This document shows, one piece after another, positions 19,683 to 28,331 of a stretch of 64,000 bases of DNA (positions are counted from its first letter, which is position 1; each line of letters begins with the position of its first letter). The DNA is taken from NCBI GenBank assembly GCA_017853275.1, contig JAFMJV010000007.1:1694-65693 (forward strand), written 5' to 3'. Below the pieces are notes generated by a model that was not told the origin of the DNA, did not search any database, and was given only the letters and a program-made list of their open reading frames with translations. This DNA comes from Chloroflexota bacterium. Its GTDB lineage: Bacteria; Chloroflexota; Limnocylindria; Limnocylindrales; CSP1-4. Both the position numbers and the translations under genes were made by a program.

Positions 19683-19831
19683 CCCGCCCTCCGTGGTGCC
19701 TCCCGTCGCGGTCACGAGCCGCGCCGTGCGCATCATGCACCGTGCCGCGCGTGGGCGTCCGCGCGCCGCCGAAGGTCCCGGTACGACCGGACCATGGCCG
19801 GACCCCCGGATGGGTGGCTAGGGTGGAGCCC

Positions 19832-21892
19832 ATGACCGCATCGATCCGTTCCCGCTCCGTGGCTGCCGCCGGCGCTGCCCTCCTCGCCGTCTCGCTCATC
19901 GCGGGTCCGCTCGCCTCCGCCCCCGTGGCGCGCGCCGCCGGGAGCACGGTCCTCGCGATCATCGGCGACCAGGGCTACGGGAACACCGCGCAGGCCACGG
20001 TCGCCACGATGGTCAACGGCTGGACGGCGGATGCCCTCGTCACCCTGGGGGACAACTACTACTCCGGGGTCGGCGGGACCGGGACCGAGCGCTACGACCT
20101 GGCCGCGGGTCGCTACTACTGCCAGTGGATGGCGGGCGTCGCCCCCGGCACCTGGTGCCCGTCCGGCGGGACGAGCGCCACGAACCGCTTCTGGCCCGCC
20201 ACGGGGAACCACGACCACACGGATGCGGGGATCGCGAACTACACCGGCTACTTCGCGCTGCCGGGGAACGAGCGCTACTACGACGTCGTCATCGGCGACA
20301 TCCACCTGATGATGCTGGACAGCCAGGCCGCCCTCGCGAGCGGGACCGAGCTCTCCGCCCAGCGCAGCTGGCTGATCGCCACGGCGGCGGCCTCCACCGC
20401 CCGCTGGCAGGTGGTCATCCTCCATCACCCGCCCTATTCCTCCAGCTCGAACCACGGCTCCACGCCCGCCTTCCAGTGGCCCTACGCGGACTGGGGAGTG
20501 GACCTCGTCCTCTCCGGACACGACCACACGTACGAGCGGCTCGCCGTGGACGGGCTGACCTACGTGGTGAACGGGCTCGGCGGTGCCTCCCTCTATCCCT
20601 TCGGGACGCCGGTCACCGGGAGCCTGGTGCGCTACGCGGGGAGCCACGGCGCGCTCCGCCTGACCTCCGATGCGGACGGGCTCCACGGTCAGCTCGTGGA
20701 TACCGCGGGGACCACGCGGGATACCTTCGACGTGGTCGCGGAGACCGCGCTCACGATGACCTTCCGGGACGGTGACGGACCCACCGGTGCCTATGCCGGG
20801 ACGCGGGACGCGACGATCTCCGGGGACACGCCCGGAACGGCGCTCGGAGCCGACACGACCCTCCTCGTGGACGGGGACGATCCCGCCGGCACCGGCCGCG
20901 ATCTCGTCACCCTCATCCGCTGGAACCTCTCCGCCCTGCCCGCAGGTGCGATCGTCCGCTCCGCGAGCCTCCGCTTCCGCGTCACGAACCAGAGCGCCGG
21001 CGGATACGGCATCTGGGAGGTCCGGAAGGACTGGACCGAGGGTGAAGCCACGTGGCAGAACGCAAGCGCCGGGACCCCGTGGGCAGGCGCCGGCGCGAGC
21101 GGTGCCGCCGACCGGGGCAGCACGCGGCTGGGGACGCTGAGCGCGGCCGCCACCGGCGATCTCACCGTGCCGCTCAACGCGGACGGGGTGGCGCTCGTCC
21201 AGTCCTGGGTGGACGGGGCGGCGAACCACGGTCTTCTCATCGCGGACGCGGCCACCTCGGACGGTGCGGACCTCCACAGCCGGGAGAGCGGCACGATCGC
21301 CGCGCGCCCCGCGCTCGTCATCCGCTACGTCCAGGGTCCGGTCTCGCCCACGCCAGCGCCCACGGCGGCCCCCACGCCGCTGCCGAGCCCGTCGGCCGCA
21401 CCCACCCCGGCCCCGTCGGTGGGTCCGACGCCGCTTCCCTCCGTGGCGCCGACCCCGGCCCCCACGCCAGATCCGACCCCGGCGCCGAGTGTGACCCCGG
21501 ATCCGACGCCCGCGCCCACGCCGGACCCGACCCCTGCGCCCACGCCGGACCCGACCCCTGCGCCGACCCCCGCGCCCACACCTGCACCGACCCCCGCGCC
21601 CGTCGTGGCACCAGGCGCGTTCGGCAAGACCGCACCGCTCAACGGGGCGAAGCCCCGCGGGACGACGATCGCCCTCACGTGGGCTGCGAGCGAGCGGGCC
21701 GACCGCTACCTCGTGTGCGTGGACCGGACGCGCAACTCGGCGTGTGATGGCACGTGGACCGAGGCCGGCAGCGGCTTCGCCTTCCCTGCCGTGAAGGGCG
21801 TCACCTATGAATGGCAGGTCCGCGCCGAGAACGGTGGTGGCACGACGCTCGCGAACGGCGGTACGTGGTGGCGCTTCACCCGGAGCCGCTGA
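19832..21892 (+). CDS. Secreted metallophosphoesterase with DNRLRE/CBM96-like domain, Pro/Thr linker and C-terminal beta-sandwich
   Basis: Signal peptide; [26 protein letters not shown]; DATI...[32 protein letters not shown]. Confidence 0.85.
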   Translation: MTASIRSRSVAAAGAALLAVSLIAGPLASAPVARAAGSTVLAIIGDQGYGNTAQATVATMVNGWTADALVTLGDNYYSGVGGTGTERYDLAAGRYYCQWMAGVAPGTWCPSGGTSATNRFWPATGNHDHTDAGIANYTGYFALPGNERYYDVVIGDIHLMMLDSQAALASGTELSAQRSWLIATAAASTARWQVVILHHPPYSSSSNHGSTPAFQWPYADWGVDLVLSGHDHTYERLAVDGLTYVVNGLGGASLYPFGTPVTGSLVRYAGSHGALRLTSDADGLHGQLVDTAGTTRDTFDVVAETALTMTFRDGDGPTGAYAGTRDATISGDTPGTALGADTTLLVDGDDPAGTGRDLVTLIRWNLSALPAGAIVRSASLRFRVTNQSAGGYGIWEVRKDWTEGEATWQNASAGTPWAGAGASGAADRGSTRLGTLSAAATGDLTVPLNADGVALVQSWVDGAANHGLLIADAATSDGADLHSRESGTIAARPALVIRYVQGPVSPTPAPTAAPTPLPSPSAAPTPAPSVGPTPLPSVAPTPAPTPDPTPAPSVTPDPTPAPTPDPTPAPTPDPTPAPTPAPTPAPTPAPVVAPGAFGKTAPLNGAKPRGTTIALTWAASERADRYLVCVDRTRNSACDGTWTEAGSGFAFPAVKGVTYEWQVRAENGGGTTLANGGTWWRFTRSR
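21340..21600 (+). repeat. Pro/Thr linker tandem repeats (PTPAPTPD units)
   Basis: Near-perfect 24-bp units GCGCCCACGCCGGACCCGACCCCT. Confidence 0.8.
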
Positions 21893-21915
21893 GCTCCGGG
21901 GTTGCGTTGGACGGG

Positions 21916-21944
21916 TTGACAGAGCGCCACCGGCTCCCCACCAT
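21916..21944 (+). promoter_or_regulatory. Sigma70-type promoter TTGACA-N17-CACCAT
   Basis: Perfect -35 at 21916-21921 and a 17-nt spacer in the intergenic region before 22008. Confidence 0.55.
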
Positions 21945-22007
21945 CTGCATCCGGCGCCGCCCGGGACCGTGACGACGTGGCGGGACGCCCACCGACCGGA
22001 GTGACCG

Positions 22008-22901
22008 ATGCCCCGCCCGACCCCCATCGCGCGCCGCCGCCCGACCCTCATCGCGACATTGGCCCTGGCCGCGCTCATCCTCCCGGTCCCGGTGGCCGCC
22101 GGCACCGTGACCGCCCCCGGCCAGGAGTGCTGGGTCTACAACGAGCGGACCTTCGCGATCACCGCGGATCTCGCCCCGGCGATCGCGGCAGCCGCCCCGG
22201 ATGACCGCCTCGTGGTCCGCGGGATCTGCACCGGCAACTTCACGATCGCCAAGGACCTCCGCCTGCTGGGCATCGGCACCGTCGCGCTGAGCCGCGGCGT
22301 CCTCAGCGGTGGGGGTAGCGGGACCGTCCTCACGATCGAGGCGGGGAGCCGGGTCCGCCTGCGCAACCTGCGCATCGAGGAGGGGGACGGCGGCGCGGCC
22401 GGTGGGGGCATCGTGAACCGGGGCACGGCCTTCCTCCGGGACGTCCTCGTCCGCCGGAGCACCGCGGATGCCGGTGGCGGGATCCTGAACGAGGGCACGC
22501 TCGCCCTGCGCGGCGTCTCCGAGGTCCGCCGCAACACCGCGCGGGTGACCGGCGGAGGGGTGGAGAACGCCCCGGGCGCGACCTTCGTCATGCGCAACGA
22601 TTCCAAGGTGAACCGGAACCGCGCACCACGTGCCGGCGGCATCCACAACGACGCCGGGACCGTGCGGCTCCGGGAGCGCGCGCTGATGCGCGGCAACTAC
22701 GCCACCGTGGACCACGGCGGGGGGATCTTCAACGAGCCGGGCGGCTCCCTGATCCTCCGCAACCGCTCCCGGATCACGGAGAACCGTGCGGAGGAGGCGG
22801 GCGGCGGGATCGCGGGCAAGGTCTCGAACCGCCTGTGCGACCCGGACCACGTCTTCGCCAACCGCCCGGACGACTGCTACCGGGTGGACACGGCCGGCTG
22901 A
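22008..22901 (+). CDS. Secreted right-handed beta-helix protein (Pmp-like), paralog of 16000..16755
   Basis: Signal peptide; GGGIVN, GGGILN, GGGVEN, AGGIHN, GGGIFN repeats. Confidence 0.82.
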   Translation: MPRPTPIARRRPTLIATLALAALILPVPVAAGTVTAPGQECWVYNERTFAITADLAPAIAAAAPDDRLVVRGICTGNFTIAKDLRLLGIGTVALSRGVLSGGGSGTVLTIEAGSRVRLRNLRIEEGDGGAAGGGIVNRGTAFLRDVLVRRSTADAGGGILNEGTLALRGVSEVRRNTARVTGGGVENAPGATFVMRNDSKVNRNRAPRAGGIHNDAGTVRLRERALMRGNYATVDHGGGIFNEPGGSLILRNRSRITENRAEEAGGGIAGKVSNRLCDPDHVFANRPDDCYRVDTAG

Positions 22902-23083
22902 GCCCGCCCCTCCCCGGCGGGGCGACGCTGCTCGGGTCCCCTTCCGGTCCCGGGACAGGACTGTGGTCATCCCCCCGGGGGACCCTCGCCCGGCGCACGG
23001 CTGGTACTTCCGACCCGTAGCCCCTCCCGACCTCCGCCTGCTTTCCTACCGGCATGGTCAGGCAGCGGATCCCGGAGGTCGAG

Positions 23084-24670
23084 ATGAGCAGCTCGGAGAG
23101 CCAGGCAGTCGCAGGAACCACGCGGCGGCGAGGCCGGGCGCGTCTCCTCGTCTCCCTCGGGATCGGACTCCTCCTCACGCTCCCCGCCGGTGCGCCCGCG
23201 ACGGCAGCACCGTCCGCCGCAGCGGCGCCGGCGACCCGGGACTCCGGGACCGTCCACCGCCACGCGGATGGCAGCCTCCACCGGCACGATGACCGCCCCG
23301 CGGATCCCGCTGTCGCGGCCCGCCGGGGGCTGATCACCGCCGGCCTGAAGCGCGCCTTCGGCGGCCCCTGCGCCGGGAACTACAGCATGCGCATCGGCGG
23401 CGAGCTCCAGTGCACCCACGGACCGGACGCCGCGCCCGAGGGCGTGAACGTCACCGTGAAGCGGTCCGTTCCGCAGCTCAAGGCGGACCTCGGGCGGAGC
23501 CCCTGGCGCGGTGCCCTCCGCACCGTCCGGCGGATGGCCGAGCGGAGCAGCGTGAACGGCGAGACCGCCGGGCTCGCGGACATCATCGGCCCCACCGGTG
23601 TCCCCTGCGTGGGGGACGGCGTCAGCGGCAAGCGGATCCAGGCGATCTACGCGGTCTCCTCGGACAAGCCGGACCGCTACACCTCCGTCGCCCCGCTGAT
23701 CGACACCTATGCCGCCCACATGAACGCCGCGGTCGTCACGAGCGCCCGCGCCACCGGCGGGATCCGCCACCTGCGCTTCGTGACCAACCCGGACTGCCGG
23801 CTGAACGTGGCCAAGGCGGTCCTCTCCCCCACCGGGGATGACTCCTTCACGAACATGGTCACGGAGCTGAAGGCCCAGGGCTTCAACGTGGCGGGCCGCA
23901 AGTACCACGTCTGGATGGACGCGAACGTCTACTGCGGGATCGGTCACGTCTGGGATGACGACCGCGACACGACGACGAACGCGAACGCGAGCTCGATCTC
24001 CTTCGCCCGCTCGGACAACGGCTGCTGGGACTACGCGGAGCTCCACGAGGTCCTCCACGGGCTCGGCGCGGTCCAGAAGAGCGCCCCGAACGCGACCGCG
24101 GGCTACCACTGCACGGACGAGTACGACGTCATGTGCTACTCGGACGCCCAGGGCGTCCAGATGCAGATCCGCTGCCAGGCCTCGAGCAACAACACGCTCC
24201 TGGACTGCAACCACGACGACTACTTCCACACGAACCCCCCGGCGGGCTCGTACCTCGCGACGCACTGGAACGTGGCGGACAGCCCCTTCCTCCACGCCGC
24301 GGAGCTGGCGAACCCGAACCCCACGCCGACCCCCACCCCCACGCCGTCGCCCTCGCCGACGCCGGACCAGGGGACGACGAGCACGAAGACCTACACGGCC
24401 ACCCTCCGCGCCACGAGCCCGGTCCGCACCTGGGAGATCCCGGTCGGCGACGGCGAGACGAAGACGCGGGTCACCTTCACGAGCCCGGCCGGGATCGGCA
24501 CCCGGGTCCGGGTCCGGATCCTGGATGCGACCGGCGCCACGGTGGCGAGCCTCCTCCGGGTCAGCCCGGTGAACCTCACCGCGACCCTCACCGAGGGGGC
24601 CTACACCTGGCAGGTCTCGAGCACGAAGCCGGTGAAGCTGACGCTCAAGGTGACCCACACGAACCCCTGA
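23084..24670 (+). CDS. Secreted zinc metallopeptidase-like protein (HEXXH) with Pro/Thr linker and C-terminal beta domain
   Basis: SD GGAGG then ATG 23084; signal peptide; CTHGPD; HEVLHGLG...HC.D..DVMCY (Met-turn-like); DCNHDDYF. Confidence 0.8.
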   Translation: MSSSESQAVAGTTRRRGRARLLVSLGIGLLLTLPAGAPATAAPSAAAAPATRDSGTVHRHADGSLHRHDDRPADPAVAARRGLITAGLKRAFGGPCAGNYSMRIGGELQCTHGPDAAPEGVNVTVKRSVPQLKADLGRSPWRGALRTVRRMAERSSVNGETAGLADIIGPTGVPCVGDGVSGKRIQAIYAVSSDKPDRYTSVAPLIDTYAAHMNAAVVTSARATGGIRHLRFVTNPDCRLNVAKAVLSPTGDDSFTNMVTELKAQGFNVAGRKYHVWMDANVYCGIGHVWDDDRDTTTNANASSISFARSDNGCWDYAELHEVLHGLGAVQKSAPNATAGYHCTDEYDVMCYSDAQGVQMQIRCQASSNNTLLDCNHDDYFHTNPPAGSYLATHWNVADSPFLHAAELANPNPTPTPTPTPSPSPTPDQGTTSTKTYTATLRATSPVRTWEIPVGDGETKTRVTFTSPAGIGTRVRVRILDATGATVASLLRVSPVNLTATLTEGAYTWQVSSTKPVKLTLKVTHTNP

Positions 24671-24692
24671 CGCCCGACGCGCTGCTCCTCCG

Positions 24693-24728
24693 CAACGCCG
24701 CGGGGTCCTCCGGGACCCCGCGGCGTTG
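24693..24728. terminator. Bidirectional terminator hairpin (16-bp perfect stem)
   Basis: CAACGCCGCGGGGTCC-TCCG-GGACCCCGCGGCGTTG between convergent genes. Confidence 0.8.
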
Positions 24729-24730
24729 TC

Positions 24731-25444
24731 TCAGCCGCCGGTGGCCGGGCGCTCGGGAGCGGGCCGTGCGCCCTGCGGCGCGATCCGGCGGCTCATGACG
24801 ATCGGGATCTGCCGGCGCAGGCTGCCGGGGCCGGTGTGGACGCGGCGCGTCCAGCCTTCCGGGAGCGCGTACCACGCGATCGCCACGAGCTCGAGCGCCA
24901 CGTAGAGCCGGTTGAGCTCGGGGTGGCCGCTGACCGGCGTCACGGCCGGGACGCCCACCGTGAGCCGGACGCCATGCCGGCGTGCCTCGCGCTCGATCCG
25001 GCGGGCGTGGAAGGGCGAGGAGACCACGAGGTAGTCGGCAGGGCCGGATCGCCCCGCGAGCGAGCGGATCGCCTCGCGCGTGGTGCCGGCGGGCCGGAGC
25101 GGGGCGACGGCATCCCGGGGGATCCCGCGCCCGGCCAGGTGGTCGGCCATGACATCCGCCTCGTCCACCCGGTCCGCCACGCCACCCGCGACGAGGATCA
25201 CCGGCGCGAGACCCGCACGCCAGAGGCGCGCGCCATGGTCCAGGCGCGCGGCGAGCTCCGGGGAGGGACCGGAGGCATCCGCGGTCGCGCCGAGGATGAC
25301 GATCGCGTCCGCCGGCCCGTGCGACCCGGTGGCCGCCCGGCGGGTGGAGCGCCGCAGGGCGAGGAGCTCACCGCCCACGATCGCTCCCGCCACCCCCGCC
25401 CCGGCGACGAGGACCCGGACCGCGGTCCCGATCGGGCCGCTCAC
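24731..25444 (-). CDS. YdcF/DUF218 (SanA/ElyC-like) family protein
   Basis: GTG start overlapping the upstream stop (GTGA); N-terminal hydrophobic helix; DAIVILGA..RLDHG..AGG..EADVM..T..VVSSPFHARR. Confidence 0.82.
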   Translation of the reverse strand: MSGPIGTAVRVLVAGAGVAGAIVGGELLALRRSTRRAATGSHGPADAIVILGATADASGPSPELAARLDHGARLWRAGLAPVILVAGGVADRVDEADVMADHLAGRGIPRDAVAPLRPAGTTREAIRSLAGRSGPADYLVVSSPFHARRIEREARRHGVRLTVGVPAVTPVSGHPELNRLYVALELVAIAWYALPEGWTRRVHTGPGSLRRQIPIVMSRRIAPQGARPAPERPATGG

Positions 25445-26256
25445 GCGATGCTCCGCGTCCGCTGCGCATCGAGCCCCCACGCCGCGAGGATCGTCCGCGT
25501 GGCGATCCCCATCGCGTAGCCCACGGCGAGCGTGTCGTGCTCGTCCGTGGCGAGGAAGGCCACAAGGAGGACGGCGCCATCCGCCTCGATCCGGGCGACA
25601 TCGTGGGCGAGCCCGGGGAGCGACCCCGTCTTGTGCGCGATCGTCACGTCCGCCTCCGTGGCCCCGAGCGGGATCCGGCTGTTCCGGACGGAGTGGCGGA
25701 GCGCACGGGCAGTGAGCGGATGACGCGCGGAGTCCGCCGCCGCGTCCAGGAGCCGGAGGGCGTCCCGGGCCGTGGTCCGGCCGGCGAGCGGTGCGGACGG
25801 GTCCTCCGGCGGGACGACGTGGGCATCGGTGGCCGTGCAGCCCGTCGCCGCGATCGCGTCGCAGACCGCGCCGATCCCCGTCATCCGGAGGAGGGCGGCG
25901 GCGGCGGGGCCATCGCTCAGCCCCACGGTGAGGCCGATGAGGTCGGCAAGGCCGAGACCGATCTCCGGGTCGAGCGCGTGGAGGAGGCTCGGGAGCGACG
26001 CCTCGGCGAGAAGATCCCGGATGGCGATCCGCCATCCGGCGGCGATCCGGCCCTCCGCACCGGCCCGCTCCGCGGCGATCGCGAGGGGGATCTTGAGGAG
26101 GCTCGCGGCGGGAACGGGCGCATCCGCCCGGACCTCCGCCTCCCAGCGTTCCGTCCCGCGCTCCAGCCGAGCTGCTGCTGCGCGCCCCGGCAGGTCCGCC
26201 CAGGCACGGAGGGCGGCCTCGGCCCGCGTGCGGGGATCCTCCGACATCCGGGTCAC
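25441..26256 (-). CDS. Class A beta-lactamase-fold serine hydrolase (atypical)
   Basis: SxxK (AASLLK), SDG in place of SDN, TTARD, HKTGSL, HDVA; GTGA overlap with the ABC gene (alternative ATG 26247); no signal peptide. Confidence 0.82.
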   Translation of the reverse strand: MTRMSEDPRTRAEAALRAWADLPGRAAAARLERGTERWEAEVRADAPVPAASLLKIPLAIAAERAGAEGRIAAGWRIAIRDLLAEASLPSLLHALDPEIGLGLADLIGLTVGLSDGPAAAALLRMTGIGAVCDAIAATGCTATDAHVVPPEDPSAPLAGRTTARDALRLLDAAADSARHPLTARALRHSVRNSRIPLGATEADVTIAHKTGSLPGLAHDVARIEADGAVLLVAFLATDEHDTLAVGYAMGIATRTILAAWGLDAQRTRSIA

Positions 26257-28331
26257 GCCTCCTGGCGCGCGGCGAGCCGGGCGAAGGCGCCACCGGCCCG
26301 GGCGAGGAGATCGGGTGCTCCTTCCTCCACGATCCGGCCGCCGGCGACCACGAGGACGCGGTCCGCCCCCTGGATCGTGGAGAGGCGATGGGCGATGACG
26401 ATCCGAGTCGCCTCGGACCACAGGATCGTGCGCATGACGACCGACTGGGTGATCGTGTCCAGCGCGCTCGTCGCCTCGTCGAAGAGCAGGATCCGCGGAC
26501 GCCCCACGAGCGCGGACGCGATCATCAGGCGCTGCCGCTGGCCGCCGGAGAGGAGCCGCCCATGCTCCCCGATCGGCGCCTCGAGCCCGCCGTCCATCGC
26601 CCGCACGTCATCGGCGAGGCCGGCCTCCGCGAGGAGATCCCAGCAGGCGCTTGCGGGGAGGGGCCGGCCGGCGCAGAGCGCGTCGCGCACCGTATCGCCG
26701 AGCGGGAGGGAGGCCTGGAGGACCGTCCCCATCCGCCCCCGGACGGCCACCGGGTCGAGGCCGGCCAGGTCGTGACCGTCGTAGGCGACGCTCCCCGTCC
26801 AGGGGGTCTCGAACCCGAGGAGGAGCCGGAGGAGGGTGGACTTGCCACCGCCGGACGGCCCCACGACCGCGACGAGCTCGCCGGGACGGACGTCGAGGGA
26901 GAAGCGGTCGAGGAGCGGCGGCGCATCCCGCCGGTAGCCGAAGGTGACGTCCGTGAGCGTGATCCGCCCGGCGAGCGGTCCCGGATCGCGGCCACCCTCC
27001 GGCCGCTCCGGGGCCGTCTCCACGATCGGGGTCACCCGTCCCAGGGTGGGACCGAGCTCGGCGAGCGCGGAGACCCGGGAGCCGAGCGTGGTGGCGGCCA
27101 CGGCCACCTGGGCGACCGCCGCGTAGAGGGCGAGGAAGGTCCCTGCGGCCCCGGCGCTCCCCGGCTCGAGGCCCGGCGTGGGGAGGATGATCAGGCTGGC
27201 GATGACGACCGTGATGATCAGGAGGGGCGCCGCCACCTCGAGCGGCTCGCTCACGCCGATCGAGGCGAGCCGCCCGGCCAGCGCATTCCCGGAGGCGGCC
27301 TGGTCCGCTGCCCAGCGGCGGAAGGCGTGCGCCTCCGCGCCGGCCACTCGCCACGTCACGACCGAGCGGAGGAGCCCGGTCAGGGTGGCATCCGTGCGGG
27401 AGCGGGCGTCCAGGAGCTCCCGGAGCCGGGCGCGGCCGGTCCGCTGCGCGGCGACCGAGACGGCGAGGATCGCCGCGGTCGCCAGGGCCACCACGATCCC
27501 GGCCACCACGTCGGCGACCAGGACCCAGACGAGGCTGGAGAGCCCGAACGTCGCGGTGACGATCGTCGCGATCGTGCCGTCATCCACCTGGAGACGCGCC
27601 GCGGAGACGGCGTTCGCGCGCTGGGTGATCTCCCCCTCCGTCCGGGACCGGAAGAAGGGGACGGGGAGGCGGAGGAGGTGGGCGAGGATCGCCGGCCCGA
27701 GGACCGCATCGGAGAGGTCGCGGATGCGCACGACGAAGAGGCCCTGGCCGAGCGCGAGCAGGGCGGCCCCGAGCGAGCCAAGCGCGACGAGGACGAGGAC
27801 GAGGAGGACGAGCCCGGGATCGCCCGCGGGGACGGCGATGCCGAAGATCGCCGCGGTGCCGGCGGGCAGGAGCAGCCCGACGATCCCGCCCGCGACCCCC
27901 GCCGCGAGGAGGCGGCCGATCTCGCCCGCGTGACGGCGCACGGACCAGCGGAGGAGCCCGCGCGCGCGTCCGTCCGCCGGCAGCCGCTCCGCCCAGGCGA
28001 TCGCCGCCGCGTCCACCCGGGCGGCGGTCCGGGCGTCGAGCGGGGCGGTCCGCCGCGTGCCGCCCTGGACGATGAGCCCGGGCCGTCCGGGCCGGGGCAG
28101 GACGGCGGCCGGGCCGTCCGGGGTCGTGACGGTGAGCGGGCCGACGATCGATCGCTCCCACCCCGGCGAGAGCTGGATCGGGCGCCCGGGAAGCCCGTCC
28201 GGAGCCGCCAGCGCGCGGGCATCCGCGGCGGGATCGCCGCGGCGGGGCGTCACGATCGGCGGGGCGCTCCCATCCGCGGCCGTCACGAGCGCGGCCACCG
28301 CGTCCTCCACGGGATCGGGCCGCTCAGCCAT
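26253..28331 (-). CDS. NHLM bacteriocin system ABC transporter, ATP-binding/permease (TIGR03797-like)
   Basis: N-terminal IQLSPGW....GPL...AAVLP region typical of NHLM ABC2; HLLRLPVPFFR; GPSGGGKS, LSGGQRQR, LLFDEAT, AHRLST. Confidence 0.85.
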   Translation of the reverse strand: MAERPDPVEDAVAALVTAADGSAPPIVTPRRGDPAADARALAAPDGLPGRPIQLSPGWERSIVGPLTVTTPDGPAAVLPRPGRPGLIVQGGTRRTAPLDARTAARVDAAAIAWAERLPADGRARGLLRWSVRRHAGEIGRLLAAGVAGGIVGLLLPAGTAAIFGIAVPAGDPGLVLLVLVLVALGSLGAALLALGQGLFVVRIRDLSDAVLGPAILAHLLRLPVPFFRSRTEGEITQRANAVSAARLQVDDGTIATIVTATFGLSSLVWVLVADVVAGIVVALATAAILAVSVAAQRTGRARLRELLDARSRTDATLTGLLRSVVTWRVAGAEAHAFRRWAADQAASGNALAGRLASIGVSEPLEVAAPLLIITVVIASLIILPTPGLEPGSAGAAGTFLALYAAVAQVAVAATTLGSRVSALAELGPTLGRVTPIVETAPERPEGGRDPGPLAGRITLTDVTFGYRRDAPPLLDRFSLDVRPGELVAVVGPSGGGKSTLLRLLLGFETPWTGSVAYDGHDLAGLDPVAVRGRMGTVLQASLPLGDTVRDALCAGRPLPASACWDLLAEAGLADDVRAMDGGLEAPIGEHGRLLSGGQRQRLMIASALVGRPRILLFDEATSALDTITQSVVMRTILWSEATRIVIAHRLSTIQGADRVLVVAGGRIVEEGAPDLLARAGGAFARLAARQEA

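Noticed and set aside
18960-21600. Tandem repeats as a CRISPR array
   Set aside because: The repeats are in-frame coding repeats with no unique spacers, and there are no cas genes.
13024-24730. Genomic island or prophage
   Set aside because: No integrase, transposase, tRNA, att-like direct repeats or phage structural genes, and no obvious compositional shift.
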